Shown here: piece after piece, positions 40,301-53,658 of the stretch
How positions within the stretch are numbered: position 1 is the stretch's first letter
Layout of the letters: every line of letters begins with the position of its first letter
Source: Amphiscolops sp. MND2022
Lineage: Eukaryota
Direction: 5' to 3'
Assembly: GCA_964187785.1 (NCBI GenBank)
Contig: OZ076409.1
Span: 18,354,001-18,418,000, forward strand
Length of the DNA stretch: 64,000 bases
Notes under the pieces: generated by a model
Told to the model about the DNA's origin: nothing
The model's database searches: none
Seen by the model: only the letters and a program-made list of their open reading frames with translations
Program-made: the position numbers and the translations under genes

Positions 40301-43300
40301 CGTACCTGGGACTAGGATGACCTGCAGTCTATTTGCGTTCGCGTGGAAGCGTCTGGGCAGCGTGTGCCGCGCTCTTTCACGTGTCATGTGCCGCTCTCCA
40401 TCCAAGGTGGTAGCCCGAGTCTGCTGCTCGTGCTCAACGAGAATCATGTTGATGATCGGCGCTTTGTCGTTTGGCAAGAGTGTAATAAGGACGCTTTCCT
40501 GTAAGCTTACCAGCAAGAGCATCAGGCTGTCTTCTGTGTGCTAGAAGTGACAACTATGGTGGATTACCTGATGCTGCGTTTGCCTGGTGCCCTTCAAGAG
40601 CCTTGGTTGGGTTACGTCTGTGAGCTCCGTCATTCTGTTGTCGTTGGACGAGTACAATTTTCTGAGTTGAGCATTGTCGTCGCTGATCTGCTGTCAGTAT
40701 GGGAGTGTGTGCGGACATTTGTGCGTTCCATTGGCCCCGAGCATGTTCAAAGTAGCTCAAACAGGGTAAGTTTTTTCTTTTTGGGCGGGGCGGGCGGTTT
40801 CAGTTCCGGTGTTGGTCTGTGGCATTTTGTGTTCTTGTAATTGGTAGGATATTGCGTCCCTGTAACATGTTGAGTATTCGTGTTGTGTTTGCAGATGCTT
40901 GGAAGTGACTGGATTGTTTATAATGAGGGAACTAATGAGCTGCGCCTGGTCCTCCTGTTGCATGTGTTTGATCTACGTGAGTATCTTTGGTTGGTTTTTG
41001 TGGCTATGGTTGGGAGTAGGCATTTTAGGCGTTGCGTATTTTTAGATCCGAATTCATTCAAAAAGCAATTGTCGGGGCAAAGCAAATTTGGCTTCCACTA
41101 TGATTTCGAGCTGTGTCAGTTTTTTATTGCCCCTTGTCACGTAGTAGAAAGGTGTCCTCTTTGCTGTCTCTGGACGCTTGTGAGAGTTACATGGATGCGT
41201 CAGAGCTTGCTCCTTACGAGATGACTTTTTGCAGCTGCACGATTTCGATGAGGAATTACGTCCGTCGTCGTGATACCAGCGAGGTGCAGGATTTCTTAGT
41301 ACAGGTTCACTGACCATCTTGTAAACATTATCTTGTTGCATCATACTACTGAATCTGAGTTTGCACAGAGTGTTTACTGTTTCTGCACTGAGTAATTGCT
41401 GGAGGGGGATGATAAGCAAGTTTTCCTCTTGTTCAAGAAGTTTGTTCGGGTTCTTGAAAAAGGCGGATCCTTGTGTTTTGTGGATTCGAAAGTTGCTGCT
41501 GATGAGTTCGTGGCCTATGTGGTTGATGTGCATGCTTGACATTCAAGTAGTGGCCGTGGCACCGAAAGCATTACTGAGATTTCTCCTTATTTGCGTAGTG
41601 ATTATGTCTTCATGTCGCGAAGAAACTTGTGTCGCGTTTTCAAACCTTGTTGCTCAGTTGTTCAAAAGCCTTTAATGGTTAATCTTGCAGTTGACATAAG
41701 TTTGGATGTTTGTATGGTCCCAAGAATCGCCGCTGCGACGTCCTGTATACGGGGGGGGGTGCAGAGTTGCGACTCTTCTGCTGACTACAAGCATAGCTCG
41801 TATGTGTACAAGCATATATGTAGTTGGTGGGCATTCTATGTTTGTGGATCGTTACTGTACCTCGTTTGACATTCACTTGGACAATCAGAATAAAGGATCT
41901 CATCAACGGCTTCGTAGCGCCAGTAAACAAGGTCAAAAATTGCAGCTTGCATGTGATGCGGAATCTTCTACTACGACTTTTTCGGAAAGTGCTTCATAAT
42001 CAGTTGCTGCTGGGTCAATTGCGGTTGCAGTTGCATCTAGTCTGTAAGTCAGGGTAAAGCGAAACAACATGCGACCCTTTCATCATTTTAGGGCGAAAAA
42101 GAGATGTGCTCGAGGAAGAGAAAGCTGCGAATAAAACACTGCAAAGATCTGTAAAAGGTCGTGCGTCTTATTGGGTCTCTTATACTTTGGGTCGAAGAAG
42201 TAGTTGTAACTCTTTTTGTAACCAATTGATGAACTCGTATGATTTTGGTAGTATTTTTTGTTATATATCACTGTCCGCTGGCAGTTGCTTCTAGTTTTTA
42301 GTTTCCGAAATTGATGAATCGAATAAAAAAGGAAGTCGATGAACTTAAAAAGGAAAAGAGAGAAAAAAGAATCCTGTGTCGTAGTAGGCTCGAATTAAAA
42401 TTTGTCACATTTGTTCAGCCCGGACTCCTGATAATGTATTTTTCATCTAAGTGAGTCGAAGTCACAGCGACAAGTCTTCTGATGTCAGGATTAGCGTCAG
42501 ATGTAGGTTTGGTAGGTCTCAGATTATAATTAGCTATTTTCCGAGGATTATATCCGACGATCTTATGCTGTGATTTTGGGGGAATATGAGGGCTTTCAAT
42601 GGGTGGGGCGTCGTATATAAGGGTTATCCCCTAGGTCAGTAGTGAGATTTGAAATGTCCGGCGACGGTAGCTCGACGTTTTCTATTGTCTGACTTTGGTC
42701 AGCGAGTTTTTCTTGTTCTTCTGTTTCTTTAACAGTATCGTCTGTTATCGCGACATCAACACTTTGACTGCAAAAATTCATTTCCCAAGACCTATTAAAC
42801 GTTTCGTTGTGTGACGTTTTGCCATCTGGATCAAGTAGATATTCGTTTGTTCTTACTATGACGTCAGGTATGCGTTGTTGTGACACGTAGGGCCTATTTC
42901 GTATTCTGTGCAACGTTTGCATATACCTTGTCCCGTTTTTCCTGATTGTGTAGTTATTGTTTGGTAGTACTTTATTCACGATGTACGGTCCTGTCCAGAT
43001 ACAATTTCTAAACGCAAACTTGGTTGCTTGGTTGTCAGCCTTCGGGTTGAGTGTGTAGCAAAATTCGCTCAATTTGAGTAGGGCTGCTGACTCCTTACGG
43101 TCCTAATATTTCTTGTACTTAGGATAGGACAGCATGATGTTGTCTTTTGCTGTCGCACGCACTTCGTCAATTTGTTTCCATAGCAGGTCTGTTATGTCTG
43201 AATTAGGCGTAGTTTCCCATTTCTGTTTGATGCCTAAGTTTGGATCGAGAGCATTGTACGGTATACTTCCGTAGAAAACTGTGGAAGGTTCGCAGCCCAA

Positions 43301-44340
43301 TGTTTCGTGATAGGTTGTATTATAGTTCATTACTGCTATTTGGACATATTTGTGCCACATGGAGCGTCGTTCTCCTGTCGATATCTTCAGTGATGTTTTG
43401 ATAGACGCATGCGTTGTTTCCAGTATCCCAATCGTTTGTGCCTGTTTTGCGGAGGCGTGGCTGATTTTTATTTCCGGTATCCGTGTTACCTCTGCTCGGA
43501 TTTTTGATCTGAATTGCGATGCTCTGTCCGATAGGATGAGTGTAGGTACGTACGCATGTCATGTCATGACGTGGACGGTGCAGCGTCCAATTGTCGTAAC
43601 AGTAATGTTTTGGGTTGGATAGGCGAATAGGTACCGTGAAAGAACATCTATGATTCTGACGATATTTTGCTAGCTTGCAGAGCTCGGTAGCTTTGTAGGA
43701 TGTGAATTTCTAAATTGTCTTCTGGTCCCAGTACATGTTTTGTTTTATTGAGCATTTTCGGTCTAAATAGACGGTTGTCAATTCTTTTGTTTTTGATACA
43801 GTCTTCACAGTTCGAAACCTATTGTTTGATTCGTTTTGCTAGTTCTGGACAGAAGATTTTTGATCTGCATTCTTGGATCTTTTTTGTTATTCCAGGGTGT
43901 TTCCCCATTTTTCCGTGTAATGCTCTGAGTAATTCGTCTATCAGGTGTTCGGGGATTAATATTTGGTGATGTGTGACTTGTTCACATTCCCCGTAGTATT
44001 TGCGCATGAATATCCCATCTTTGACGATTAGTCTGTCTTCTTGCACTAAGAGGCGTTTGGCTTTCGAATAGATCTGTGGTAGGTGTTTATCATATTCTTC
44101 GCCCAAAATGGGTTTGTGGACTACTATCGGCTTGTCTTTTGGTTCGACGTGGAGTTCCATTGGCGGGACTTCTTTTCGAAGGAGTGTTTGGTATTCGTAA
44201 GTGTTGAAAGTGCTGGACCGGTATTCGTGGAGTGTCCAATATCCCCCTTGGATAGGTACATCCTCCAACGGTGCAAACGAGCACTACCTTGGTTAGCGGA
44301 TACGTTTACTGGTTGTTTTTCTCTTGATGCACGCGATTCG
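37400..44340 (-). mobile_element. Gypsy-like LTR retrotransposon remnants: integrase (42596-44268), 3' accessory region and an older pol fragment
   Basis: H2C2 motif LHGKMGKHPGITK...C..C; integrase core WHKYVQIAVMNYNTTYHETLGCEPS; GPY/F motif WTGPYIVNKVLPNNNY; multiple frameshifts. Confidence 0.8.
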
Positions 44341-45749
44341 TGACACGACCAAGGTAGATTGAAGAACGGGTTTGAATATATTTTAAAGGACAGCTGAAAA
44401 AAATTTACTTGAAGCACACGATACGTGATACTACAAGCTGACACTTTCAGCAAGCATTTGTTGTTCCGAACCAGTGCAGGCTTTGTTTTGGGGGAACATG
44501 AGACATTTCAAAAAAACTTTAATGTTAGAAATAAGATGTAAAGGGACGACCTAACAGGATGCCAACCTGCCGTATCATCTGATCAGGGAACGACCTTGAT
44601 CAGGAAAAGGATGTATTTCAAGGTGAGATCCATTATGGCACTGATATGAACAACAAAATCAAGATATCATTAAAACAATAATGAAGTAAGTACCTCGTTA
44701 GGCACGATGCGACGTCTCCTCCGAGTATAGGAGGTTTATGCTGTTACAATGTCCTTGAGCGAGGACCTGGGTTTGAGTCTCTTTCTTTATTATGTTATTT
44801 TTAATTCTGAGCCGTGGAAGAGTTAAGAACCTGCTATTTGCTCCGAACTGTAACCGTGTGGGCTTTCCTTGATTAGGTCTTCTGTCATTGCACATGAAGA
44901 CCACAGCACTGATGGAGTTGCTAGCGAAATTCAAGGATTGTGATCAAGTGAAGGAAATATAATAATCTGCGATGTACCAGCGAGTACCGATCGATTTTCT
45001 TTTACAGTTGTATCGAAGCGAACTTGGTTCCCTTTCGAATAAGTCGAACAAGATAGGTCGCAGTGATTGCAAGTTTTTTAATTTCAGTGATGGAGAGCAT
45101 TGTTTGGCCAATTTCAAAGTGTACAGGATGTCAGTGAGCGTAGGGTGCTCCGTGTGTGTATGGGTGTTCGTGTTGGTAAGTAAGATCCGTTGTAGAATTG
45201 AGTGGAAACTGGATCTCAAATAAGCGTTCAAGGCCTTCGCGGCTTTCTTCATTGTTCGTAAAGTTCTTTCAGCGATGCCAATGGATAGTAGTGAGTAAAG
45301 GTAGAACCTAACTGTGAAACCTTGCGCCTCTAGCCAACAGGCGAATTCGCTCTGAGTAAAAATTTTCGCTATATCAGGAATTTTTCGTGTTGTATCTCAA
45401 ACCGTGCATATATCGAAGAAGGACACTTAATAACATTTTCAGTTATATAATCGGGGCATATGAATGGTTCGGTCCTTCCAGATCCCGGATTGACCATTAT
45501 GCGAACGTTGCCGATTTGTTGGATATGATCACATTCCATGTGCAACCGTTCCAACCGCTATTTTTGTGTCAAATCCTGATGGACCTCATCCACACTGGTC
45601 TGGACACCAGTTTGTTGAGTCATATGATACGAAAAACTCATTGCTACGAAGATGTGAGATCATGGAAAACACTGAAAAATTTTCAAAATAAAGACATTTT
45701 TACACTTGCGATAAGCAAGTGTTATGGGAAAGTGCGGGCGCTTTTTTTT

Positions 45750-46740
45750 CCGGGCGACAACTTTCTCGTTTCACGCGTCAAGTTGCACAGTTCACGCGTT
45801 CGTAGTCTAGTGGTAAGATGTTTGCTTTTCAACCCAGAGGTTTCGTTTTCGAACCCGTGCATATGCGCTAATTTTTTACAAGTTATCTGAAGCAGGTTCT
45901 CACTTTTTTCGGTACCATGAGACTCCCCCCTCCTTTTTTCGGCTTTGGGAGACTTTTTCGAAAATTTTTAAATGCCGCCAATTGTCTTTCCTTCTATTTT
46001 TTTGATATTTTGCAAGAGAACGAATGTTAGAAAATCCCAAAGGGCCGCTTTTTTCAAATTTTTCGACACTATGAGACTCGAAATTTCTCTTACTTTTCGA
46101 AAAATTTTCGAAAGACTCCAAACGGTCTCCCTTCAGTTTTTTGAACTTTTGCAACAAAATGGATGTTAAAATATCTCCAAGGGCCCCCTTTTACAGTTTT
46201 CGGCATTGTGAGATTTTTCAAAAAGAATTTTTGTCTCAAAATTAGGTTTTCTCAAGCCCAGAACGCTCTATTCGATTTTCGTTTTTTTAAGGACCGGTGT
46301 TTGTTACATTCGTTTTCATCGAAGCCCCGCTCAATTTTTACAAGACACAAAACGTTTTGCGAGCGTAAAGCACTCCTCAACGTTTTTGTCACTATGCGAA
46401 TTACCGGAGACCTTCATCAAAAAAAATTCGGAAAATTTCGAAAAAAAATTCTTTATTTTCTGTTTTTTTTTTAAAGGTTTTCCGTTGAGAAAGATGTTTT
46501 TTTTTGCTGTTTCCAGTTAGGGAAGAATGGTTTTCGAGACTTATGCGTATCCCTTCGGGTATTTTTTCGGGGCTGTAAAATTGATGAAATTTTAACATTA
46601 TTGTCATTTTACTCTTTGTTCTCCGTATGATACTGCTTATTTGGTTTTCTTTTGAAAAGTTCACAACTTTTTTCGCAAGTAATTGCGAAGCACGGCTTCG
46701 CCTCTGTGTAATAGAAGTATTAACAAATGTCTCTATCGTC
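45750..46740 (+). mobile_element. Non-autonomous repeat with a tRNA-Glu-like segment (45796-45868), related to the HINE family
   Basis: tagtctagtggtaagat...ttttcaaccc...ttcgaaccc; shared motifs aagggcccc and cggcattgtgagatttttc; hairpin gcgaagc-acg-gcttcgc at 46685-46701. Confidence 0.55.
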
Positions 46741-46879
46741 GTAATGTTTTTGAGTACTTCTGTTGATTTTTTCCACTTTAATTCTTTAAAATCGATCGTT
46801 CAAGTTGGACTGAAAACGTTTCAAAGAATATAGTTTTCAACATTGATCTCGGGTTTTCACAAATTAAAAACAGGGAGTC

Positions 46880-47150
46880 ACTGTCGAAGACGCTGAACAA
46901 CTGAAAAAAGAAAAGTACCAGTGTCTCTTCCATCTATTGCATTCAAGTACAAGGCCGGTTAGACAATCTACATCTGTTTTCCATGGAGATTTGTGTAAAC
47001 AACTGTATATCATCGGCGATTTATCGCTGTCGACGACGCTGTAGAACTGAAAATAGAAAAGTACCAGAGTCTTTTCCTTCTCCTGCATTTGAAGTACGAG
47101 GCTGGCTAGACCATCTACATCTGCGTTTGGTAAACATCTGTGTATAGTCA
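46880..47150. repeat. Imperfect tandem duplication of about 147 bp
   Basis: ctgtcga(a/c)gacgctg...aactgaaaa...aaaagtaccag...agtac...tagac.atctacatctg occurs twice. Confidence 0.7.
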
Positions 47151-48054
47151 ACAGGCGAATCCGAGCCGGCAGTTAATTCAAGCCAAAGATCTCGCAATTC
47201 AGATGAGAAATGCTCCAAATTTAGTTGGATCTGTCCGTGATGAATATCAGCTGACTGAATTGTACTAGTGAAATGCTTCTTCAACGTTTTTTACCTGGTT
47301 GAATTGCTTCATCTGATTCTCGCCTATTTTCCGCCTTGTCGTTCCGGAAAGTAGAGCAAATAACGGCTAAAAATCCGCGTTTTGACACAGAAAATGAGCA
47401 GGAATTGGCTTCAGACGTTAATTCTGTTTTGCATTTAGACGTTACTCCTTAGATGTCATTCCTGCTCATGTCTGCGAACGAGTCAAAATTTCAAAAGTCA
47501 ATGTTTCGAGGTCCAAATGTTGAACGTTTTTCGGTGTTTTGACTCGCTTCCAAGACGGAGTAGTTTAATTATAATTCTAAACGGAAGTAGTAGTAAACGT
47601 CTTTATTTCATAAAAAGAGGAAATATGGTAACTGGCTGGAATAAAATGGAAACTGAATAATGCTGGACAGATTGAGCGAAAATACTTTATCAAAAATGAA
47701 CAACTTTGTAGCCATTGGAAGGATAGCATCCTTTCCGGAGCAAAAACTCAATAGATTTTTTCAAAGCTGAGAGGTCATAACCAACTTGTGTCCAATTCTA
47801 CTTGGTTGTGGGGAAACTATTAGATTTGAATTTTCTTTAGGCCTCTGAAAACAAGAACTTAGCAGCGATTTTTGCAGGCTTCGATTTTTCTATCATTGCA
47901 AACTCCACTTCCACTATTTTGTGCCAAGAGAAAACCATGTCAGTTTCAGCTAGTTGATTGCACAGCGGTAGGATTTTTATGCGACAGAGAGCCTCGTTGT
48001 CTTCTTCACATGAAACTATCCAGTTCTGGAATCGTTCCATTTAGTGCATATCAG

Positions 48055-49720
48055 TTACTGAAGGATGCTGTATTGAAGAACATTACAGTAGTTTAGGATG
48101 ATTAAGGATTGACAGATTCTTTTCCTATTCTATCGAGCTGTTTAAGGACACATTTTGACACAGTAAACTGATATTTGTTGCATTTTGCTACCTCAGATTC
48201 AACAGGAGCAGTTTAGGAGAGCTTAAAACTCCAGGATCGACCAATTCAAGAACAGGCACCGTTGTTGTGCCAGTTAAATTTAAACGGTTGAATTTATCTA
48301 AATGAAACTCAACCACTTTTACCTGCCCATAGAGAAAGGCAATCGTTTGATTCGTTTCTAAATATTGTTATTCATGTAAATGTTCAAAAATTAGTCAAAA
48401 TGTCGAAACGTCAAAACGACTTTCTTCAAGACGTAAATTATAACTGAAGATTCTGAAAGTAAGAAACGGCTATTTCCACATTTCCTCTATACATATTAAA
48501 TATAGTATCCCCAACTTGCGGGAGGGTGTTTTTATAAATAGACAAAAAATTGAGAGTTGGATAAAAAAATGTTAGGCTTTAATGATGAGAGTTACAGGGT
48601 TCCGTTTAATTTTGTTGAATGTGAGTTGTAGTCAATGATAGTCTTGCACTCTTCAGGGTCTAGGAGATACATAAAGTCAATATCATCAGGTCTGATGTCA
48701 TGTCGTTGTATTGACCACATGCCAGAAATAAATGTTCGGCAGTCTTCTCACTATTGCCACAACAACACATCGGAAACTTCGTCTGCCTTTTTTCCAGGCG
48801 TAATCGGCTAAGGCGAAAGAGTTGCCAAACAGCATTTCACATATTTTAACAGCTTCATACCTTTGGAGGTTGAAAAGGGGGACGGAGTGTTATAAGCAGA
48901 TGGCGTTTTGGTGCAACATTTCAGAAACGACCTCTTCTCTTAATGTTTCTACCTAATGCTCCACAGAAAGTTAAATAAAAAGCTGACATCTTAGTGTTTG
49001 TATCTCGTACAATTTTGATTTCTCAGGGACTTTCCCAATCGCGTTACGTGACTCTCGAGGAGGTTAGCAACATTGTACCGAAAAGAGGTTACTGCCAACC
49101 AGAACCTGACAAGAGTTGATATTCGGCAGGAATCCCTGGCTAAAGACTGTCCTTATGAAATAATTCTGTAACGCTGTGACGTATTTGAAGTTTTTCTCAA
49201 GACATATCAGTGCTGCATAGAAAAGTGAGAGTAAGAGGGTGCTTTTGTACAGCAGAACTAGCGTTGAAACTGCAACGTTCCATTTCCTACTGCATAACGA
49301 CTTAATAATATTCCAATTTCGCGTTACTTTCTCTATTGTTGTAGTAGAAGTAGAATGATCTCGGTAGTGGAGTTTGGTATCAATAACTTTGTTGTTTTTT
49401 GAACCTGACATTTATGACCATAGAGGGACGGGAGCTGGATGTTATTTTCGTCGGAGTTGAACAGGATTATTTCTTCAGTTTTTCCTCCGTTCACTAACAT
49501 TCTGCAATCAGCACACCACTTTCGATGTCGGGACAAGTTTTACGAAGGATGTCAGATAGATATGACGAAACATTGCCAGTGACAATGACAGAACTACCGT
49601 CTGCAAACTCGAGATTCTGTGCTTGATTACAACGAAGGTTGTTTATAAAAATGATGAAGAGCAATTGCGACAAAACATTTTGTAGGGAACGCCAATGTTA
49701 ATCTGGAACTTCGAAGATTG
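48055..49720 (-). mobile_element. 5'-truncated LINE copy (end of RT, CCHC-like knuckle, 3' UTR)
   Basis: FADG...VNGGKTEEIILF, PMCCCGNSEKTAEHLFLAC; about 1.15 kb is repeated at 49770-50925. Confidence 0.8.
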
Positions 49721-49769
49721 TCATCCTTTCAATTCGTATCACAATTGGTATTACATACATATCAGTTAT

Positions 49770-52700
49770 TGAAGGATGCTATATTCAAGGGCATTACAGT
49801 AGTATAGTGTAATTAAGGATTAACAGATTTTTTCAATCTATCGAGCTGTCTAAGGACACATTTCGACAGAACTATTTTTTTGTTGCATTTTGCTACCTCA
49901 GATTCAACAGGAGCAAATTAGAAGAGCTTGAATCTCCAGGATCCATCAATTCTTGAACAAGCACTGTTGTTCTGCTAGTTGAAATTTAAACGGTTGATTT
50001 TATCTAAATGATACAGCCATTTTTTTCCCATAGAGTAAGGCAATTCCTTGACTCTTCTCTAAAAGTTGTCATTCAAGTGAATGTTCAGAAATTAGTCAAA
50101 AAGTTGAAACTTCAATATGACTTTCTTCAAGACGTAAATTATAACTGAAGACTTCTGAAATTATGAAACGGCTATTTCCACGTTTCCTCTATACATTCTA
50201 AATCTAGTAGCCCCAACTTTCTGGAGGGGTTTTATAAAGAAAGACAAAACATTTAGAGTTGGATTAAGATAAGTTTGGCTTTAATGATGAGAGTTACACG
50301 ATTCTGTTTATTTTCGTTGAATTTGCGTTGTTGTCAAGGATAGTATTGCAGTCTTCAGGTTCTAGGAGATACAATAGGTCTATATCTTCAGGTCTGATGT
50401 TGCTGTATTGACCACATGCCAGAAGTAAATGTTCGGCAGTATTCTCACTATTGCCACAACAACTCATCGGAGACTTCGTCTGCCTTTTTTCCGAGCGTAA
50501 TTGGCTAAGGCGAAAGAGTTGCCAATCAGCATTTCACATATATTAATAGCTTCATATATTTTGAGAATGAAAAGGGGGACGGAGTGTTATAAGCAGGTGG
50601 AGTTTTGGTGCTACATTTCAGAAACGACCTGTTATCTTTATGTTTCCACCTAATGTTTCACAGAAGGTTGAAGAAGATGCTGACATCTTGCTGTTTGTAT
50701 CTCGTTCTATTTTGATTTCTCAGGAACTTTCCGAATCGCGTAACGTGACTCTCGAGGAGGTTAGTAACATTGTCCCGAAAAGAGGTTAATGCCCAGCAGA
50801 ACCTGACAAGGGTTGATATTCGGCAAAAATCCGTGTCTAAAGACGGTGCTTATGAGATAATTCTGTAATGCTGTGACGTATTTGAGGTTTTTCGCAAGCC
50901 ATATTGGTGCTGCATAGAAACGTGAGGGAACTTCGGAGATTGGTATCCATTCAATTCGATGGAAGTCACTCTGGGTTTCAGAAACGAACTAATACTTTCT
51001 GTCAGAAATATTGTGTTCCAGCAGTTCAAAGAGGACCGTCCACCCACACGCTATCAAAAGACTTTTCGAGGTCAATGTTTCGCAGAGTTGTTGGAACACG
51101 TGAACAGATGTAGTCTGTAAAGCGATCGAGTGGTGTTTCTTTTCGATTTGAAACCCTCCTGTTCGTCTCCAAGCAGTCCATTGACATCGAGATGAGTTTT
51201 GATTCTAGTTACAAGTAGTCGTTCCTGTTACAAGTTTTGCCGATATGACTGGAGATTGAGAGTGGTCGACATGAAGAGCATTCATCGTATCACATTTTGT
51301 TTGGTTGGCGTATGAAGACAACTGGTGACTCCGTCCATGACAACACATGATTTTTCTAACAAGCTTTGAAATTAGTCAGCAAAAAAGCGAGTGTTTTTTT
51401 GCCCAAAGTCTTGATCATTATCAAATGGTTTAACGTTGCTTGATTTCAAAATATAGTTTTTCAAAACATCGAAAATAATTTCATCTTGAAAAACTTCATT
51501 TTAATGTTCTGGATCATTGTGTGGTTTGTTTATTTTGGCTTCTACTATATGTGTTGAGTCGTTGAATCTCTCTGTTTTCAGATGTTCTCCTCCAAAGAAC
51601 GTTTTTTCAAATTATTTGCTAAATTCCTCTGGAGCATATAAGAGCCTCCATTCCTTACTGCGTCTTAGTCCAACTTCTTCATGTTTACTGTTGAGAAATG
51701 TTTTGTAAGAAGTCCAGAACTCTGATCCTCTATTATGCTCAAGCGATGGCATATAGTTTTCCTTTCATTCAGATACACTTTTGTTGTGTAAAATCTTGAA
51801 ACGTTACTTCGCTGCCTTCAGCTTCCGTCCGTTCTCCATATTTGATTTGTACTTTGAACATTTTTTGTAAAAATTGAGGCCCATTGCTTGCGTCAGTCAA
51901 GCATGTATTCCAAACGGTTTGCTATGATTTGAAACGCATTTGGGAGTTATGTGAACAAAGGAAGCTTCAAGAAGCAGATTTCTGAACTCGTTTCAAAAGA
52001 AGGGGTCGTCCTCAACATACATGAGATTCTCTATTCGGTCATCAATGAAAGAAGTCGATTTGCCCAATCAGTTTTCCCAATCCCTAATTTCTTGATATTC
52101 TGATTTTCTCGGTGTTGCTACCAGGTTCCAATCTCATAATACCTGGAACATGGGCCCTCAGTGGAGCACCGGTGAACAGCTCGGCCAATTCATCCGTAGA
52201 AAGTCTGTGTACAGTGGCCCATAACAGATGCAAAGATCAATGACGCTGGATCCATTTGCTGTCGAAAACATGGGCTCACCATCGTTGAAATCGCTGAAGT
52301 GGTCAGTTCTATGAAGTAGTTCTTCGCCTTACAAGTTACACGATTAGTCCCCCAAGAAACACGCCTTGCATTGAGGTCACCAACGAAAAGAGCTCCATTC
52401 AGGCCACTTTTGACAAAATAGGTTTTGCAACTCTGTATCACTGTCATGGCTTTTCTCAAGCTCTCGATGTCATCGGGTCTGAAATATGAAGTAGTAAGAA
52501 CTAACTTAATTTCGCCCAGCCTAACAGTCAAAACAAAATTATCAACAGGAGCGTCCTCGAATTGATCGAGTCTTGGGTAAGGGATTTGATTTTTCAACAA
52601 AACAGCGACGCTCCAGAATTTACATTAATACAGCTGCTTGTTGTGTAACTCAAAAAAACCTGAGCTTATTTGTGTCATGGATTCTTCCAGAAATTCGTTA

Positions 52701-53640
52701 TCAGCTTCAGTTTTTGTACGTCCTGGTTTAATGCTATTTTACTATGATCACTTTGGTCGCATATAATTTGCTGCAAGAAGATTATGCCAGGGTTAGTCAT
52801 CTTTTTTTGATACAGGGTTTCTCGGAGTCGGTGGTTGTAGACCTGCTCCTCGTAAACTAATTGTATCTGAGTGATATAAGTTAAACAGTCAAGTAAATCC
52901 GTTTCGTGGTTTCCGCTGCAATTGGCACACCTAGCAGGATGATTGCCTTTGCGGTCATCGACAGAGTTCTCGCCGGATCAAGGTCTGAATGTCACTTTCG
53001 AATCGTAATTGGTACTGATATGTCCGAACTTCTGACATTGCTAGCAGCGGATTGTTCGTATTCCTTGCTCTCTGACTTCGACTGGTTGATAGTATAAACG
53101 GTCAAAAAAACATGTCGGTGGTTGCCTGGTCTAACTGGGCATTTGTAGAGAACGCCTGTTTCACAGTTTGCAGGGATATCTCATCGCTTTTGACGAATTG
53201 TCTGACTCTAACACCTAGAAAGTTTACAGTTAGAGCTTTTGTGCAACTGACGGCGCCGTGGTGTTCCCTCCTATCACTAGCTCTCCGAGCGGACGAGTCA
53301 TCCTCAAACACTGCAGCCTCCTCTGGATCTAGTGTTGTGAACTCAAGATGTTTACTACCTTGTGCGGTAATAAAAGCGTCAGCTAACTTTTTGTTAGGTT
53401 ATACGAAAGCAAACGCTCTTTTGATTTAGATACTATTTTTGAAATTTTGATTTGTCTTGAAAAAGAATATGTTGCCGGGATCACGGTTTTGTCGTGTTCC
53501 ACTTCTGGTGACAGCTTTACTTTTCGTTTGAAACCCGTATCGATTAGTGTTTACTTTTTCCGCATCGTTCTCTAGATGTTGGGTCGATGCTGAAGTTTGA
53601 TAGGTAATGGGTCTTTTTTCATGGATTCCATAACTTGTTA
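49770..53640 (-). mobile_element. Second, longer LINE copy (ORF1 remnant, APE endonuclease, internally deleted RT)
   Basis: SYFRPD...GALFVGDLNAR..SWG at 52190-52600; 3' part is paralogous to 48055-49230. Confidence 0.8.
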
Positions 53641-53658
53641 TTCTGATTTCAGACTCTG

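Noticed and set aside
41480..41520. Hammerhead ribozyme at CTGATGA motifs (also 11072, 16366, 23636, 33310)
   Set aside because: No correctly placed stem II plus GAAA and flanking stems seen; the shared core has no CTGATGA
45796..45868. Functional tRNA-Glu gene (also tRNA-like pieces at 32284, 53808, 54288 and 11480)
   Set aside because: Acceptor and T stems do not pair properly and all lie within interspersed repeats
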